Assembly: GCA_951406725.2 (NCBI GenBank)
Contig: OX597814.1
Location: 172,298,001-172,362,000 of the forward strand
Source of the DNA: Octopus vulgaris
Taxonomy: Eukaryota
DNA: 64,000 bases
Reading direction: 5' to 3'
A model generated the notes under the pieces. It was given only the letters and a program-made list of their open reading frames with translations, ran no database searches and was not told the origin of the DNA. The translations under genes and the position numbers were made by a program. Shown piece after piece: positions 11,788 to 25,199 of this stretch (the stretch's first letter is position 1; each line of letters opens with the position of its first letter).

Positions 11788-13342
11788 TTATTTATTCTGT
11801 TGTCGTGATCTTTTGCTGTTTATGTAACACTAAATAAATACTCATTTCCTTGGTCAATTCGTTGGTCACTTCGTTTATGCTATTCGATTGCTTTTCAGTT
11901 GTGGTCGGTATTGTCATGCCTTCATTCTTTACCATTGCTGACAAACAGTATATTTGTCCTGTTTGGAATTAGGACAACATTTTAAATATGATTTTATTTT
12001 GGTGCTGAAATGAGATATCAAAAATTTCATATAAACAGCAACCATATGCGGTGAATAAATTATATTATATTTTTGTGCGGTGTACGAGGGAAGGACAATA
12101 TGCCGGTTTTACAAACACATACATACATATATGTGTACATATATGTATATATGTGTGTATGCATGTGCGCGTGTGTGTGGATAAGTATGTGTTTTTGTGT
12201 GTGAACGTGAACGTGCATGTGTGTGTAAGAGGGCGGTTTTCTGTCTATGCGAGGAATATTACGTAACAAACTTTATACCAGATGTATGAATTAATTAATT
12301 CTGTCTAAGGAATTAAATATAATCTTGTTGGTTATAACCCCGTATAAATCAAATAAATTTAACACCAGAATGATCGCTATTTCAACCTAATTAGGTCTCA
12401 ACATTTTCCGTGCGGTTAGAATCACGTATGCACTAACACTCAGACTGTTTATATTTATCAGTCAATATCCAGAATGAATCATCTGATGCTATAGAATTGG
12501 CAATTAATATTTGAGAGTGTTTCACAACACTACTGCATATAAGATTTATATAACTCTTTACAAGAATGATTTTCTAGTCTTAATTTAAATTGATTTAGAA
12601 TAAAACTTTTCAAACGATACTTACTTATATGGAAGTAATACGTCCATCCATAGATAAAATATATTATAATAATAAATATATATAAACTCTATAAAGTCTT
12701 TGTACAACTTTAAATTATTAATCTAAAAATTTTATATTTTCTATAACATTTAGTAGTTTGAAGCATATATTTTATCGTCTTGAGCTACAAAATTTATTAC
12801 AATTGCTTATAATTTTCTAAAAAAATAAAAGTTATGCTTTCTTCAACTTTATTTTATAGGAAAATGTAAAAACTAACGTTTATTTAACTAAACTCTAGAT
12901 GACCTGTGGGTTTCCATAACTAATGTGATTCAGGGAATAACTGAAAAAGAGCTGCAAAACATATTTCTACGACTTCAGATTCGCAAACAGTTTGTACGTG
13001 TACTTAAGGTGGACATGTTAATAAAGCAACAATATATACATTTTAAAATACCTTTCTTTTCATAGATTTATATCAATTCTTCTGCGTAAAAATGAAGAAA
13101 CGGTGTCGAGTGAAAATTCTGTAAATAAAAATAATTATAAGCTTTAAACTTATATGCGTTCACCGTGTACTAGCTTTAGAAAATAGTCTAATATCTGGGC
13201 ATTAGTACGCGTGGGAATCGAACCAGGTTACATGCCCCAATATTAGATTATTTCCAACTATCAATATACGACGAACGCTTATAATTATTTACAGAATTAA
13301 TTCTTTCATATTTAGAAATAATGTTACGCAAATATAAAATAT

Positions 13343-13654
13343 GCGGAGGCGCAATGGCCCAGTGGTTAGGGCAGCAGACTCGCGGTCGGAGGATCGCGGT
13401 TTCGATTCCCAGACCGGGCGTTGTGAGTGTTTATTGAGCGAAAACACCTAAAAGTTCCACGAGGCTCCGGAAGAGGGTGGTGGCGACCCCTGTTGTACTC
13501 TTTCGCCATAACTTTCTCTCACTCTCTCTTCCTGTTTCTTGAGTAACGCTGCGATGGACTGGCGTGCCGTCCAGCTGGGTGGGGGACACATACGCCAAGA
13601 AACCGGGAAATTGGGCCCATGAGCCTGGCTAGGCTTGAAAAGGGCGAAGGAAGG
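13343..13654 (+). mobile_element. tRNA-derived SINE family C with V-domain-like 3' part
   Basis: A box TGGCCCAGTGG, B box GTTTCGATTCC, V-like GCTGCGATGGACTGGCGTGCCGTCCAG and a (GAAG)n tail. 13-bp TSD AAATATAAAATAT (13330-13342 / 13655-13667). Confidence 0.88.
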
Positions 13655-14078
13655 AAATATAAAATATACATAGGCTTTTTTTTTCTGTGCTAAATGCGAA
13701 AATACTTAATACATACTCGCTAAGAATTTCGGAGATCGTTCGGTTTCCTTGGTACAACAATCTTCAGGGGTCCCTCAGAATAGCTGTTGAAAAATGATGC
13801 GTATACATCTAATTATGAAATTTGTGGTAGACTGCTCTGTTTAAATGCCGGACAGCAGCGTGATACCTTGGGGGATATTTAGCAAGTAGTAAGCACACAG
13901 ATAAACGTATATACATATTTCATGTTTCGTTTTTGGATTTGTTTTGCAAGATTCTTTATATGAGTTCGTGTGTTGAAGCATATTCTGTTGTGTCTGGGGA
14001 GAGTTATTTTTTTTTTGGTGCCTTATAATGTAACACACTCACCGGTAAAATTTCCACTTATTTCTTACTTTTATTTTC

Positions 14079-14115
14079 CTAAAACTTTCGTTGCGTCTTG
14101 CAACCTTTTCAATAG
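14079..14115 (-). ncRNA. Hammerhead-like motif, U3-A8 core with one extra purine before helix II
   Basis: Minus strand: CTA [TTGAAAA] G GTTGC-AAGAC-GCAAC [GAAAG] TT T TAG. Confidence 0.45.
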
Positions 14116-14619
14116 TCTTGACTCTGTCCGTTATTTACACTGCGTTCCCTTTTATTTGTTTGTGCGCATGTGTGTGGGTCAGTGTGTGTGTGTGTGCCTA
14201 TACATGCATGTATAGGCACACACACACACACTGACCTTCAAAAAGAAAATGACTCTCCCCCAGACACAACAGAATATTTCATGTATTAATTAATTTATTA
14301 ATTTATTTAGGTAGGGACGGTCAAACCGTTAGCGGAAACCCAAATTCTACCTAACTGCGACAAACGTAGAAAACTGGTGTACAGTATCATACGACGTCGT
14401 CCTTTATCAGAGATTGAGGTTCAAGGCAAAACAAGACTATGTACACATATATACATACATATACACACAGGCATACGAATACATATATACATATATACAT
14501 AAATATATTTATATATGTGTGTATACACAACACGCATACACCACACACGCATGTTCATACACATGAACACAGACGTATGTATGTGTGGGCTGTGTGTTTA
14601 CTTCCTGGTGTGTATTTGT

Positions 14620-14818
14620 GTGTGTACGTGTGTATGTTTGTGTGTCTGTTTGTCCCGCCCCACAACCGTTGTTGGTGCGTTTACGTCCCCGTAACTTAGC
14701 GGTTCGACAAAACAGACCGATAGAATAAGTATTAGGCTTACAAAGAATAGGTTCTGGGGTAGATTTGTTCCACTAAAAGCAGTGCTCCAGTAAGCTGCAG
14801 TCAAATGACTAAAACAAA
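14620..14818 (+). mobile_element. SINE family A 3' half
   Basis: GTTTACGTCCCCGTAACTTAGCGGTTCG..GATAGAATAAGTA..GCAGTCAAATGACTAAAACAA. Confidence 0.8.
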
Positions 14819-15539
14819 TGGAAAAGAAAAAGCAGAACGTGTGTGTGTGTGTATGTGTGTGCGTTTGTGTGTGTGTATGCATGTATGTATGCGTGTGTAA
14901 TTGTATGCAGAAGTTCGCAACAATTGTTGGCCGTGATGTAACCTCATCTATACTAGTCGCATCATACAACGATGATGAAATAGAAGTTGGGAAAAAAAAT
15001 TTGAATAATATAACGATAGACTGCAAAAATATATGGAAGAATACATTACACATGAATGATTGTGTCAATACAAACCTAGTTTATGGCTCATTTCACACAG
15101 CAGATCCGCGTTATTTGTATGCAAGACTTGTGTCGACTGTATTTTGATTATCGTTCTCCTTGTCCAGAGATGTAATACCAACCCTCAAAGCTACACAAAA
15201 CAGATTAGCAACGAAATGTTGCTTACAGCATAGTTTTTTATTATTATTATATATTTATATAAAAAAAATATTAATATAATAAACGGCTCCTTTTATTTGC
15301 CATAAGGGCGACGAATGGAGATGGGGGTGGGTTAACACACTAAAAAACCGGAGGCTGCAAAACATTGAAATTCTGTTTGTTTGTTTTTTTATTTTACATC
15401 AAATGCTAGAAAAGAACGGAATAATAAAAAAAAGACATATAAGAAATGAAAGGAAAATATTTGAAAAATATATAAAAAGATATTGCGATAACAAAATAAG
15501 AATACTAACTTATTATTATTATCATTATTATTATTATTA

Positions 15540-15577
<38 letters not shown>

Positions 15578-15668
15578 GTTGTTGTAATTATTATGCATTA
15601 TTTGATGTTTTTTGATAACTTAATAATGGCGGAATTCTTTGAAATATATCGGAGCAGTTTCATGTATG

Positions 15669-15700
<32 letters not shown>

Positions 15701-15797
15701 TGTATGTATGTATGTATGTATGTATGTATGTATGAATGTACGTATGTATGTATGTATGTAGGTATGTATGTATGCATATATGTATGTATGTGAATAT

Positions 15798-15854
<57 letters not shown>

Positions 15855-15921
15855 GTGTGTGTGTGCGCATATATATGTACATCTATCTATCTACGTGCGG
15901 TTGTGTTTATGCATTCATCGT

Positions 15922-15952
<31 letters not shown>

Positions 15953-16470
15953 CGCACATATATACATGCATAAACGTGTAAACAATCGCACACACATACA
16001 CACACGTATGTACGTGTTCTTACATTTATTTTGAGTCGTGCTCCTGTACTATTTGATAGGATCTAAGTTCACTATAGATATCGCAACTATCCGGAATTCG
16101 CCAACACAATGTACACATATTTTATGTAAACTACCAATTCATGCAGTGTTCAATGTTTGAACTCAAAGTTCTATGTTTGCTTAGGTGTCCGCTCGACCTT
16201 GTGAGTTAAATCAGTTGATGTAAATATTATCGTTCTGTATACATAGGGCAAGGATGCATTTACACATTCACACATATGTACAGGATACGTAGATGGCTAT
16301 CTTAATCAAGCGTTGCTGTGCAGCAGAAAATTTCTTCCCAGTCATATAGCCCCGGCAATAGTGGGCAAGTGTCTTCAGCTGTAACCTTGGGTCGATCAAA
16401 ATTTTGTGAGTGGATTTGATTAATGGAAACTGAAATAAGCCGTCGTGTGTGTGTATATCTATATAAAAAT

Positions 16471-16537
<67 letters not shown>

Positions 16538-16544
16538 CAAGTGC

Positions 16545-16705
16545 ATCGTTGGTGATTTTTTCCTGAATCTTCCTTTTCCCTTGAACCTTCCTCTGTCTCC
16601 TGTTTCTGAAGAAGAACTTTGCTCGAAACGTAAAACTACGTTTCTTTCCATCTCTGGAATGTACTACGTCCTCATTTTGTTGATTTTTCTTGTGTTTTTC
16701 ATCGG
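16545..16705 (+). mobile_element. Short HHR-bearing non-autonomous element (family E)
   Basis: GTTT [CTGAAGA] A GAAC-TTT-GCTC [GAAAC GTA] AAAC at 16602-16636. Homologous to 49955-50151. Confidence 0.6.
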
Positions 16706-17569
16706 TTTGGGGGGGGGGGAGTTAACTATATATATATATATGTGTATATATATCTGTATGTGTAAAATTTTAGAAAAGAACCATTGGTTTCATATCTAGC
16801 GTGAACTAGACATGTCTTCAGTTTCTCTAAACATTCTCTGCAAAGAATGTATTTTTTTTCAAAAACACAAGAACACAGGTGATAGTTGAAGAAATACTCC
16901 GCTGAAAAAATTATGGCCGGGCGAGTTGTCCTCCTTCGCTTGATAATTAGATTTTCCAATTTTGAAGTTAAAATTTCCAAAAATGTGGACAACGCCTCAC
17001 GTCTTCCGCTTTGGAGTTCAGGAAGCACCCACCCTTGGCTCATGTAAATTCATAAGGATTATATATTTTCTACCATACACAATTAACAGAGTCTTGTTCA
17101 TTGTGATTGGGTCCACAAGTTTCTAGTAATTTCCACCTGATGCGTATAACATGCGTGTAAGAGCTCTTACGTAGTTATTTAGCCACCACATGATATCCTA
17201 CAGTAGCGTATATTCTAGAGCTGGATACGCGTGCGGAACTCCTCTATGCATAAGATTAATGCAAAAAATTTAATACGAGGTTGGAGGATCACAGGCTTAA
17301 CGTAACATAGATCATGATATTTATTTCAGCATCGCGCACTAACTTTATGTTGCTGAATTTATATTCATATGCCATTATAGAAGGATATTCTTTATAATTA
17401 TTATACAGTTGAATACTCCACAGCAACAGCCGTGTGTGGTCGCTTATCAAGGCGGAGTACATACATACACACACACATACATACATGCATACATACAAAC
17501 ATGCCTGCATACATACATACATGCATACATACATACATTCATACATACATACATACATACATACATACA

Positions 17570-17600
<31 letters not shown>

Positions 17601-18827
17601 TTATATATTTATATATAGGAGGAAAAATTGGTGGGTTTTTCTCTTATGAGGTTTTTCGCGCTAATTACTTGATAAATTTTTATAAAGATTTTATCCTATT
17701 TTTGAATTACATATATACATACACACATACACACAAATATGGTTTTTCAATGAAGATCAGTTCACCAAATTGTTTTTAATATACTGGCACATCTTCATGA
17801 TATACAAATGTATACTTACTATTGTATTGCACTTATTGTTTTTGTTGTTGCTTTTTTCTAAAGAACATGTACAAGCATCGTACCTAAGAAAAATTATTTC
17901 GTCTGATCTTAACCTTGACACGTTGCCAAAAATGCTGAGTAATATATGGAGCCGATTGTATTTTCGACAGGCAAACTTAATTCATGGTCATTTTATAGAA
18001 GCTTCTATTTTTCTTCGTAGGATGGGTGAAAGGTAAAGGCAGTTGGTGGTGGGAATTTTGAACATATACTTAATTCGCCAATAGCCAAAATGCATCGATA
18101 ATTATAAATACATACATGCATGCATACATACATGCATACATACATACATACACACATACATGCATACATGCATACATACATATATACATACATACATACA
18201 TACATACATGTGTATAAATGTGTCTATTTATCTTCCACTGAAAGATGTGTTAGAACAGGTTATTGTGTTATTTACCCTGATAGGACTTTTCGTATGGGCT
18301 TGTGGTACATGTAAGCACTCGTGTTTATATCGTTGATAGGTGATAATCGTCTGCTGCTACCGCCGGAACTACCAGATCTCGTGACTTCACAATTTCTTGT
18401 GCTTCCCAATGGCAGACGTTCGACTAGGCACAGCAGTCAAATTTCTCCGTCAGCGATATATAAAGAACCTTACAGTTTGTTCAGGCACAGGTGTCGCAAA
18501 TAGCCAGTTGGCCTAGTAAAAAAATAATTTATAGTGATAGAAAGATAATACGCACACACATGTTTATAGTTTTATATTCTTCTTTTAAGATGTTAGAGAA
18601 CTACAATTTAAGTTAGAATACTTAGTATGCAAAATAGAGTGGAAATGTTTAAGATGATGGCTTGTTTATTCAAGCTTTATTCCTTCTTAGAATTCATCTC
18701 AGACCATTAAAATGGACTAAATATTTGATCACGAAATACCAGCACTAAATTTAAAATCTTCCAGAACTGATTTTATAAAAGATTAATTTGATTTAATTTA
18801 TTCAAGTTTCTTTTTTTTCTTTTATTT

Positions 18828-18873
18828 CAGTATGACTAAATCACCTTTTGAAAGGGATTGAAACCGGTAACTG
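18828..18873 (+). ncRNA. Minimal type I hammerhead-like ribozyme, A3-U8 core
   Basis: CAGT [ATGACTA] AATC-A-CCTTT-TG-AAAGG-GATT [GAAAC] CG [GTA] ACTG. Confidence 0.6.
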
Positions 18874-18968
18874 CCTATCTAGCTGAAAAGGCAAATATTT
18901 ACTTACATTTTTTCCATGATAAATTTCACAACGCATTGTTATTATATATATTTTTTCAATGTCTGTGT

Positions 18969-19010
18969 ATACGATAGGGTGCTGAAAAGTTCCTGACGTT
19001 GGGTAAAAGA
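18969..19010 (+). mobile_element. Possible isolated mariner-type terminus
   Basis: TACGATAGGGTGCTGAAAAGTTCCTG resembles TA+CGAGGG.. mariner TIRs. No partner TIR was found. Confidence 0.35.
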
Positions 19011-19659
19011 AAATACCGGAGGATTAGTTAAATATAATTTTTACATTATTTACATTTTACGGATATTTGTCCTCATCTTGTTTGTTGTTAGAGATGTTTT
19101 CTGGATTCCTCCCCTTCAGCTGTTTAAATATTTCGCCTATCCAGGCACATTGTGTAGGATAGTGTTTGTGCTTTGGAAATTATATTGTAGTGTGGTGTGG
19201 CACTATCACATCATGTGTGTATTTTTCCTTTGGGTTGAACTCGACCAAAATTCGTCTTTTCTGGGACGGTTGGGCGGTTTTGTTTTTAATGTTTGAGTTG
19301 CTGTATTTTCCGTTTTTGTGGGGGATGTGGACGGGGATTGTGTCAACGCTCTTTTGGTCGGGCCTCGAACAAGAGTGTACTCCCCCTCGACCGCCTCCAT
19401 GGTGTCACCTGGGGGAGTTGCACTTTTATCGTCAGGTGCCGTAGACGTTGAAGGGTGGGTATTTTTGTTGTCGGGACTGGTATGTGCGTGGGTTTGGGTT
19501 TTTGGAATACTTGTTTCGGGACTTGTGTGGGCATCACAGTTGGGGGAGTGGGTGTCTTTGCTACTGTAGGGGCTGATGTATGTGTGTATGGGTGGGGAAA
19601 GCAGTTTTGGGGTTTGTGAGGGGGTCAGGTGTCTGTGTAGTCACAGAAGTTTGAGCCTT

Positions 19660-20153
19660 TACATTCTCTTCCTTTTTTCCCGCATGTGGGCTTTTCGGCC
19701 ACATTTAAAACATCTCGGTTTTTTGCCCTCCACATGAATTTTGAGGGCCACGTCCTAGCCCACGATCACTCTGTCGGGAATCCTTTGTATGTCTTCTGGT
19801 GTTGCTTGAGTGATGGCTGCAATGCTCTGCCCCCCCCCCAAGAAAAATTGGCTCGGGCATGTTGCTTGTACGATATTAATTTTATCTTCCCTGTTAAACA
19901 ACAGGTCGGCCATCTCCCACGCAGCATCAACTTCCAGCAGTACCTCTGTCACCTGGACACGGGACATGGGTCGCCCCATATTGGTTGGCAGAAGCACCAC
20001 TTCTTTTGTCTTCAACGGGCTGACAGAATGCTCACGGGTCATCTCTGTTGTTCTGAATATGGCTTCTATTGTGCCAAATTTCATTCCTCTTGTTATATAG
20101 CTAATATCTTTCATTATGAGTGCCATGCATTTTTCAATTTTATTCTGTTCCAT
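19660..20153 (-). pseudogene. Decayed non-LTR retrotransposon ORF1 (gag-like, CCHC zinc knuckle); element spans roughly 19050-21150
   Basis: ORF 20153-19755 reads through one TAG into IPDRVIVG*DVALKIHVEGKKPRCFKCGRKAHMR, a CX2CX4H knuckle preceded by a P..I/V..EG context like L1/Tx1 ORF1. A SINE A fragment is inserted at about 20155-20207. Confidence 0.6.
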
Positions 20154-21380
20154 ATTCTTTTATTTGTCTCAGTGATTTGACTGTGGCCATGCTGGAGCAC
20201 CGCCTTTATGTTTCATTTTTTCTTCTGGCCCAGAACATTTTGAATATAATTGTTTTTTTAATCTCTTCTCTTGTGCTGTTGGTAGGTGATATTTTTACTT
20301 CACCCTCCTCCTCTGTTATTCTTTTGAACATTTCCTGGAGTTCCCCCAACAGGATCTCCAGACTTTTCATTTGTACGGCGGCGACTGCCGCAAAACATTT
20401 GATGACTTGTTTTGGAGGCTGGTGAGCCGCCAAAGCCTCACACTCTTCGAGAGAGCATTTTCTCTTACTTTCTCCACCGACATTTCGGTCAAGATAAATT
20501 AGCTGAAAACACACGAACAAAAGAAAAAAAAAACACAGTTCCAAGATTTTTTTCTTTATGGCAATCAATAAGTTCAAATTCCACCTCTGTCAGAGTTGTA
20601 GCTCAATGAAGTCAAAAACAGCTGAAAAATACTTCTTTTTTTTCCAAAGGGAAAATTATATGATTCCGTTTCTTTTATTTTTCTGTTCAAAAAAATTACT
20701 TCCTTTCAAGAGGAACAACAGTTCAAGTCCCACCTCCGTCAGTGGGGGGGGGGGCGCAGTTCAAATAAAGAGCTTAAGACGTCTGATTACTTTTTCTTTC
20801 AAAAGTAAATTGTAGGTTTTCCCTTTTTTCCCACAGTTCAAAAATAAATTCCTCGCAATAGGAACAACAGTTCAAATCCCGCCCCCGGTTTGCGGGTGGA
20901 CTAAATTTTAAAAAATGCACTCCGTTGAAGAATCCAATCGAATAAACAATTGCCAAATGGCTACAAAAATTTCAAGATTCCTTCCAAATACCAGGAAATA
21001 AAATAGTCGAACACAGCCTGCAAACAGGCAACAGTTCACGATAACAATTTTCAAGAACTGTTCGCAATAAATAACAGAGTTTCAGCTGTAAATATGACAA
21101 CTCACAGAGCGCAAAAAGAAAAACACACGACCGAAGTCTTCAACTGGAAGCAAGCTTCTTTATTTCATGAAATTGGCCATGAAGGCCGTACATAGAGGGG
21201 ACAGCGCAAGTCAAAATAATTCAAGCTTTCGCAACTCCTCATCCAACGCCCGGTGTGAAAATCGAAATTATGTTCTTGCAATTACGAGTGCAACACTCTA
21301 ACCACTTGGCCACTCACCTTCACATGCAATGCGTACACACGCACACATACACGTACACACACACACGCAAACACACATAC

Positions 21381-21423
<43 letters not shown>

Positions 21424-21797
21424 TTTAATCATGGCTATATGTTTACTTTCCGTACAATTTTTCAAAACACATTTATTCTCATAAATGCATTCACAAACTC
21501 AGAAGCTAGTGTGTATGTGTATGTTTATGTATGTACGTGTGTATGTATGTGTATGTGTGTGTGTGTGTGTTTACATGTTATATTTACATACGTTTGTATA
21601 CGTTTAAATATATATATGTGCACATTACTAACACTAACAGACAAAAGAAAAATTTCATAATGGCATAATGATAAATACGTATATAAATTTAATTTAAGCT
21701 GGTTTCAGCCGACTAAATTAGATATTTGAACATATAGTATACACACGCTCACACATATATGTATGCATGTATGTTTATATATTTGTATACATACATG

Positions 21798-21881
<84 letters not shown>

Positions 21882-22111
21882 ATATATAAAAATAAAGGTA
21901 GACGGGGAATGGTGAGAGGGAGAGTTAAAGAGAGATTTCAATGAGTTGATCTTGCCAATCTCCATAAAATGAACTTATTGTTAGAAACAGACTTGGTATA
22001 TTTGGTTTTTTATTGTCTATTGACTTCATACGGCATGGTCAGGTCTTATGCCTCTCATCTCGTTGCAAAACAGAAGCACATACACACACACACATAGATA
22101 CAGACACATAT

Positions 22112-22158
<47 letters not shown>

Positions 22159-22317
22159 ATCATGCATTCATACATATATATGTCTGTGCCTGTATCAATA
22201 TACACATATATGTGTATATATGTATATATAAATACATATACTTATATATATTTATATATATATATACACATACACTTATACTCATGGATGTATACGCATA
22301 TATATATCTATACGTGC

Positions 22318-22367
<50 letters not shown>

Positions 22368-23415
22368 GAGTGTATAATTATTCATACATATACACACATA
22401 TATACTTAGATACATAAACACACGTATACATACATACATATGCGTAATTATATTGAGAAAGAAAAAGATATTGAAAAAAAAAAGAAAATGAAACACTTCA
22501 AAATATAAAAATATAACTGTTTTATTGCAAAAACGAATTAGAATTTGCACAAAAATATATTCATATCAAATACGAAACAAAAACATTTACCATAAGACTT
22601 ATTAAAAAAGTGATAAAACATAAGTAAAATTGAAGCATGATACTTATTTTTTATGGCGGATTTTGTTTTTCTTGTGTTAGCTGGAATATGGTTGATTTCA
22701 TAAAATAATGATGTCCTCCATTTTGTGTGTTTAGTTTTCAAACATCACTGACTCGGAATCTGCCTTCAGTTTGTTTTGGAATATCTGAGTATGTATCTAT
22801 TTATCTATTTATTTATTTAATTATCTCTTTCTCTATCTAGCTGCGCAGTCTTTATCTCTCTATCAGAGTGTCTATTTATTTCTCTCTTCCTCTCACAATC
22901 TCTTTCTCTTTGCTACAATTACACGCTTATATATTTTCTATCTGACACGCTTACTTTCTAAGTGAGTAACAATCTCACGCATTGATACACATATTCAAGC
23001 TCCCCATCTCTCCAATTCTCTATGACACACACTGTATCTCTTTCTTCGTTCCTTCTTCTTTATCTTTCCCCTCCCCTCTCTCTCTCTCTCTCTTTCTGCC
23101 CTTTCTCTGTGTCTTTAACACTATACCACTCTCTTTTTGTCCTCGTTCATATAATTTCATTCTTTCAATCTTACACAGATATTTTCCATTCATTTCTCTC
23201 TCTCCTACTCCTGTCTCTCCCTCTCTCTCCCTCCATTCTCTCTTTCTCTCTGTCTGTCTCTTTCTTTCTCTCTTCACTTCCCATCTTAATTTTGACAGTC
23301 ATACTGTATTTCTGACTACATTATCCAATGTGTCCTCTTACGAATGGTTCTATGTATGTCTGTATATACAAACGAACGTGTGTATACACACATATTTATA
23401 ATCAACTTTACAAAA

Positions 23416-23462
<47 letters not shown>

Positions 23463-23824
23463 TCATTCTCTCTCTGTCACACACACACACAAAAAGGTGC
23501 TTATATACAAGGAGAGATAGACGTCTGTGTTTCCATATTCTAATGTCCTTTGTTGAATTCTACACAAACTCTTTCACATTTCTGTTTCAAGTCTCGTAGA
23601 CCATGATACTTATGGCCGAATTGGGAGTATTATTGCAGTATCGGTCGAAGTATTGCTCTTTGATGTTATGCAGATTAATACCGTCCTAATTCTATTGTTG
23701 TTGTTGGTGGTGGTGCTATTGGTTAACCTTAGATCAACCCTGATTGACTATTAACGTAACCAAATAACAGATTAAGTCTGTTCAGCGTACAACAACAAAA
23801 ACAGCACTAAACTAATGAAAAACT

Positions 23825-24476
23825 GCCTGGTTCTCCGTCAGTTATGACGACGAATGTTCTACGTTCTAAGGGATTCGATCAACGGAAAAGATGGCGCGCA
23901 AAATTAATGTGCCAGCGGCTGAGCGCTCCAGAAACACACGTACCCCTAACGTAGCTTTCTGGGAGTTTCAGTTTGACTCAGAATGCGACAATGCTGGACC
24001 TTTAAACTACAGGTACAAGTAATTTTTGTCAGTTGAGCGGACTGGAGCAACGGGAAATAAATTAACTTGCTCAAGGACACAATGTACCGCTGGGAATTAA
24101 ACCCACGGATCTTTTCACTTTGACCGGCAGATTTTTAAAACAATTTCTTTGAAACTAAACACTTTTAAACCTCGTATACTGGTAGTGTGTTACATAAAAC
24201 ATCTTTTTCTCTTGGCTTTCTTGAGAAAATTCTGTAGTTTGTAAGCTATTTCTTGTTTAATTTCTTGCATTTCAGCAATTTCAACCAATCAATGACGTCT
24301 GTTGAGGTGAATACAATATCTGCCGTATTTTGTCAACAACATTTTCTGGTAATGTAACACACTACCAGTATACAAAGTTTAAAAGTGTTTAGTTACAAAA
24401 AAATTATTTCAAAAATCTGCCGGTCAAAGTAAAAATCAAGAGCTGAATACCCATTGGTCACGAAACCACGTGCCTT
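23825..24476 (-). mobile_element. CORE-type tRNA SINE family D, interrupted by a MITE
   Basis: Minus strand has head GGCACGTGG.. at 24476-24438, then B-box-like GGGTTTAATTCCC and GTGTCCTTGAGCAAG..TTGCTCCAGTCCGCTCAACTG from 24107 downward. Confidence 0.7.
24108..24437. mobile_element. MITE with about 85-bp terminal inverted repeats
   Basis: GATCTTTTCACTTTGACCGGCAGATTTTT..GGTAGTGTGTTACAT pairs with ATGTAACACACTACC..AAAAATCTGCCGGTCAAAGTAAAAATC. Confidence 0.85.
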
Positions 24477-25145
24477 CTAATAAAAATTAACGTAATGTAA
24501 ACCCAAAAACTTGTAGTTGAGTAAACGTAGCTATGTAAGAAGAAAGTGTATGAAGCAAATCATTGTGAATATGTCTTATTTATATAAACATCACATATAA
24601 ACAGTAATACACATACACTCACAGTGCTTTATACACTCAAGTAGACGCACATCTACGTTTATCTTATACCCATGACCCAACCGTTTCAATATACACACAT
24701 AATAATATAGTGATGTTTTAAGAAAAATTTCTACAGTTGCAGTTACATCCAAGGTGATATGAATTTTAACTCACACACTACATGAAATTATTAATATGCA
24801 ATCCATTATACGCATAAACATTTATGAGAAATTGAAAGATTTCAACGAGCAAGCAAATATAAGTTCTGAGCAGACCTATAAACAAATGTTTTCCAGTATT
24901 GACCAAGCCATTTTTTGTATCCTGTCTAAATCTACTTCCTGTAACAACACAGTAATAATAGTATGTGATTTAAGGGGATTTGGTTGCTATTCCTGGCAGG
25001 TTGAACGATCACATAGACCCTTCCTTGTTCGCACATTGTTGTAAGTGTTGCGTGTTGTATAGCCTCAGGTCAATCCTGACCATACGGATATATAGGGTGT
25101 CCATTAATTACATTTACAATTTAGAAATTCATATATACATGTATG

Positions 25146-25199
<54 letters not shown>

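Noticed and set aside
13343-13420. Possible tRNA gene
   Set aside because: It is a tRNA-like SINE head continuing into a SINE body with a TSD; no complete cloverleaf.
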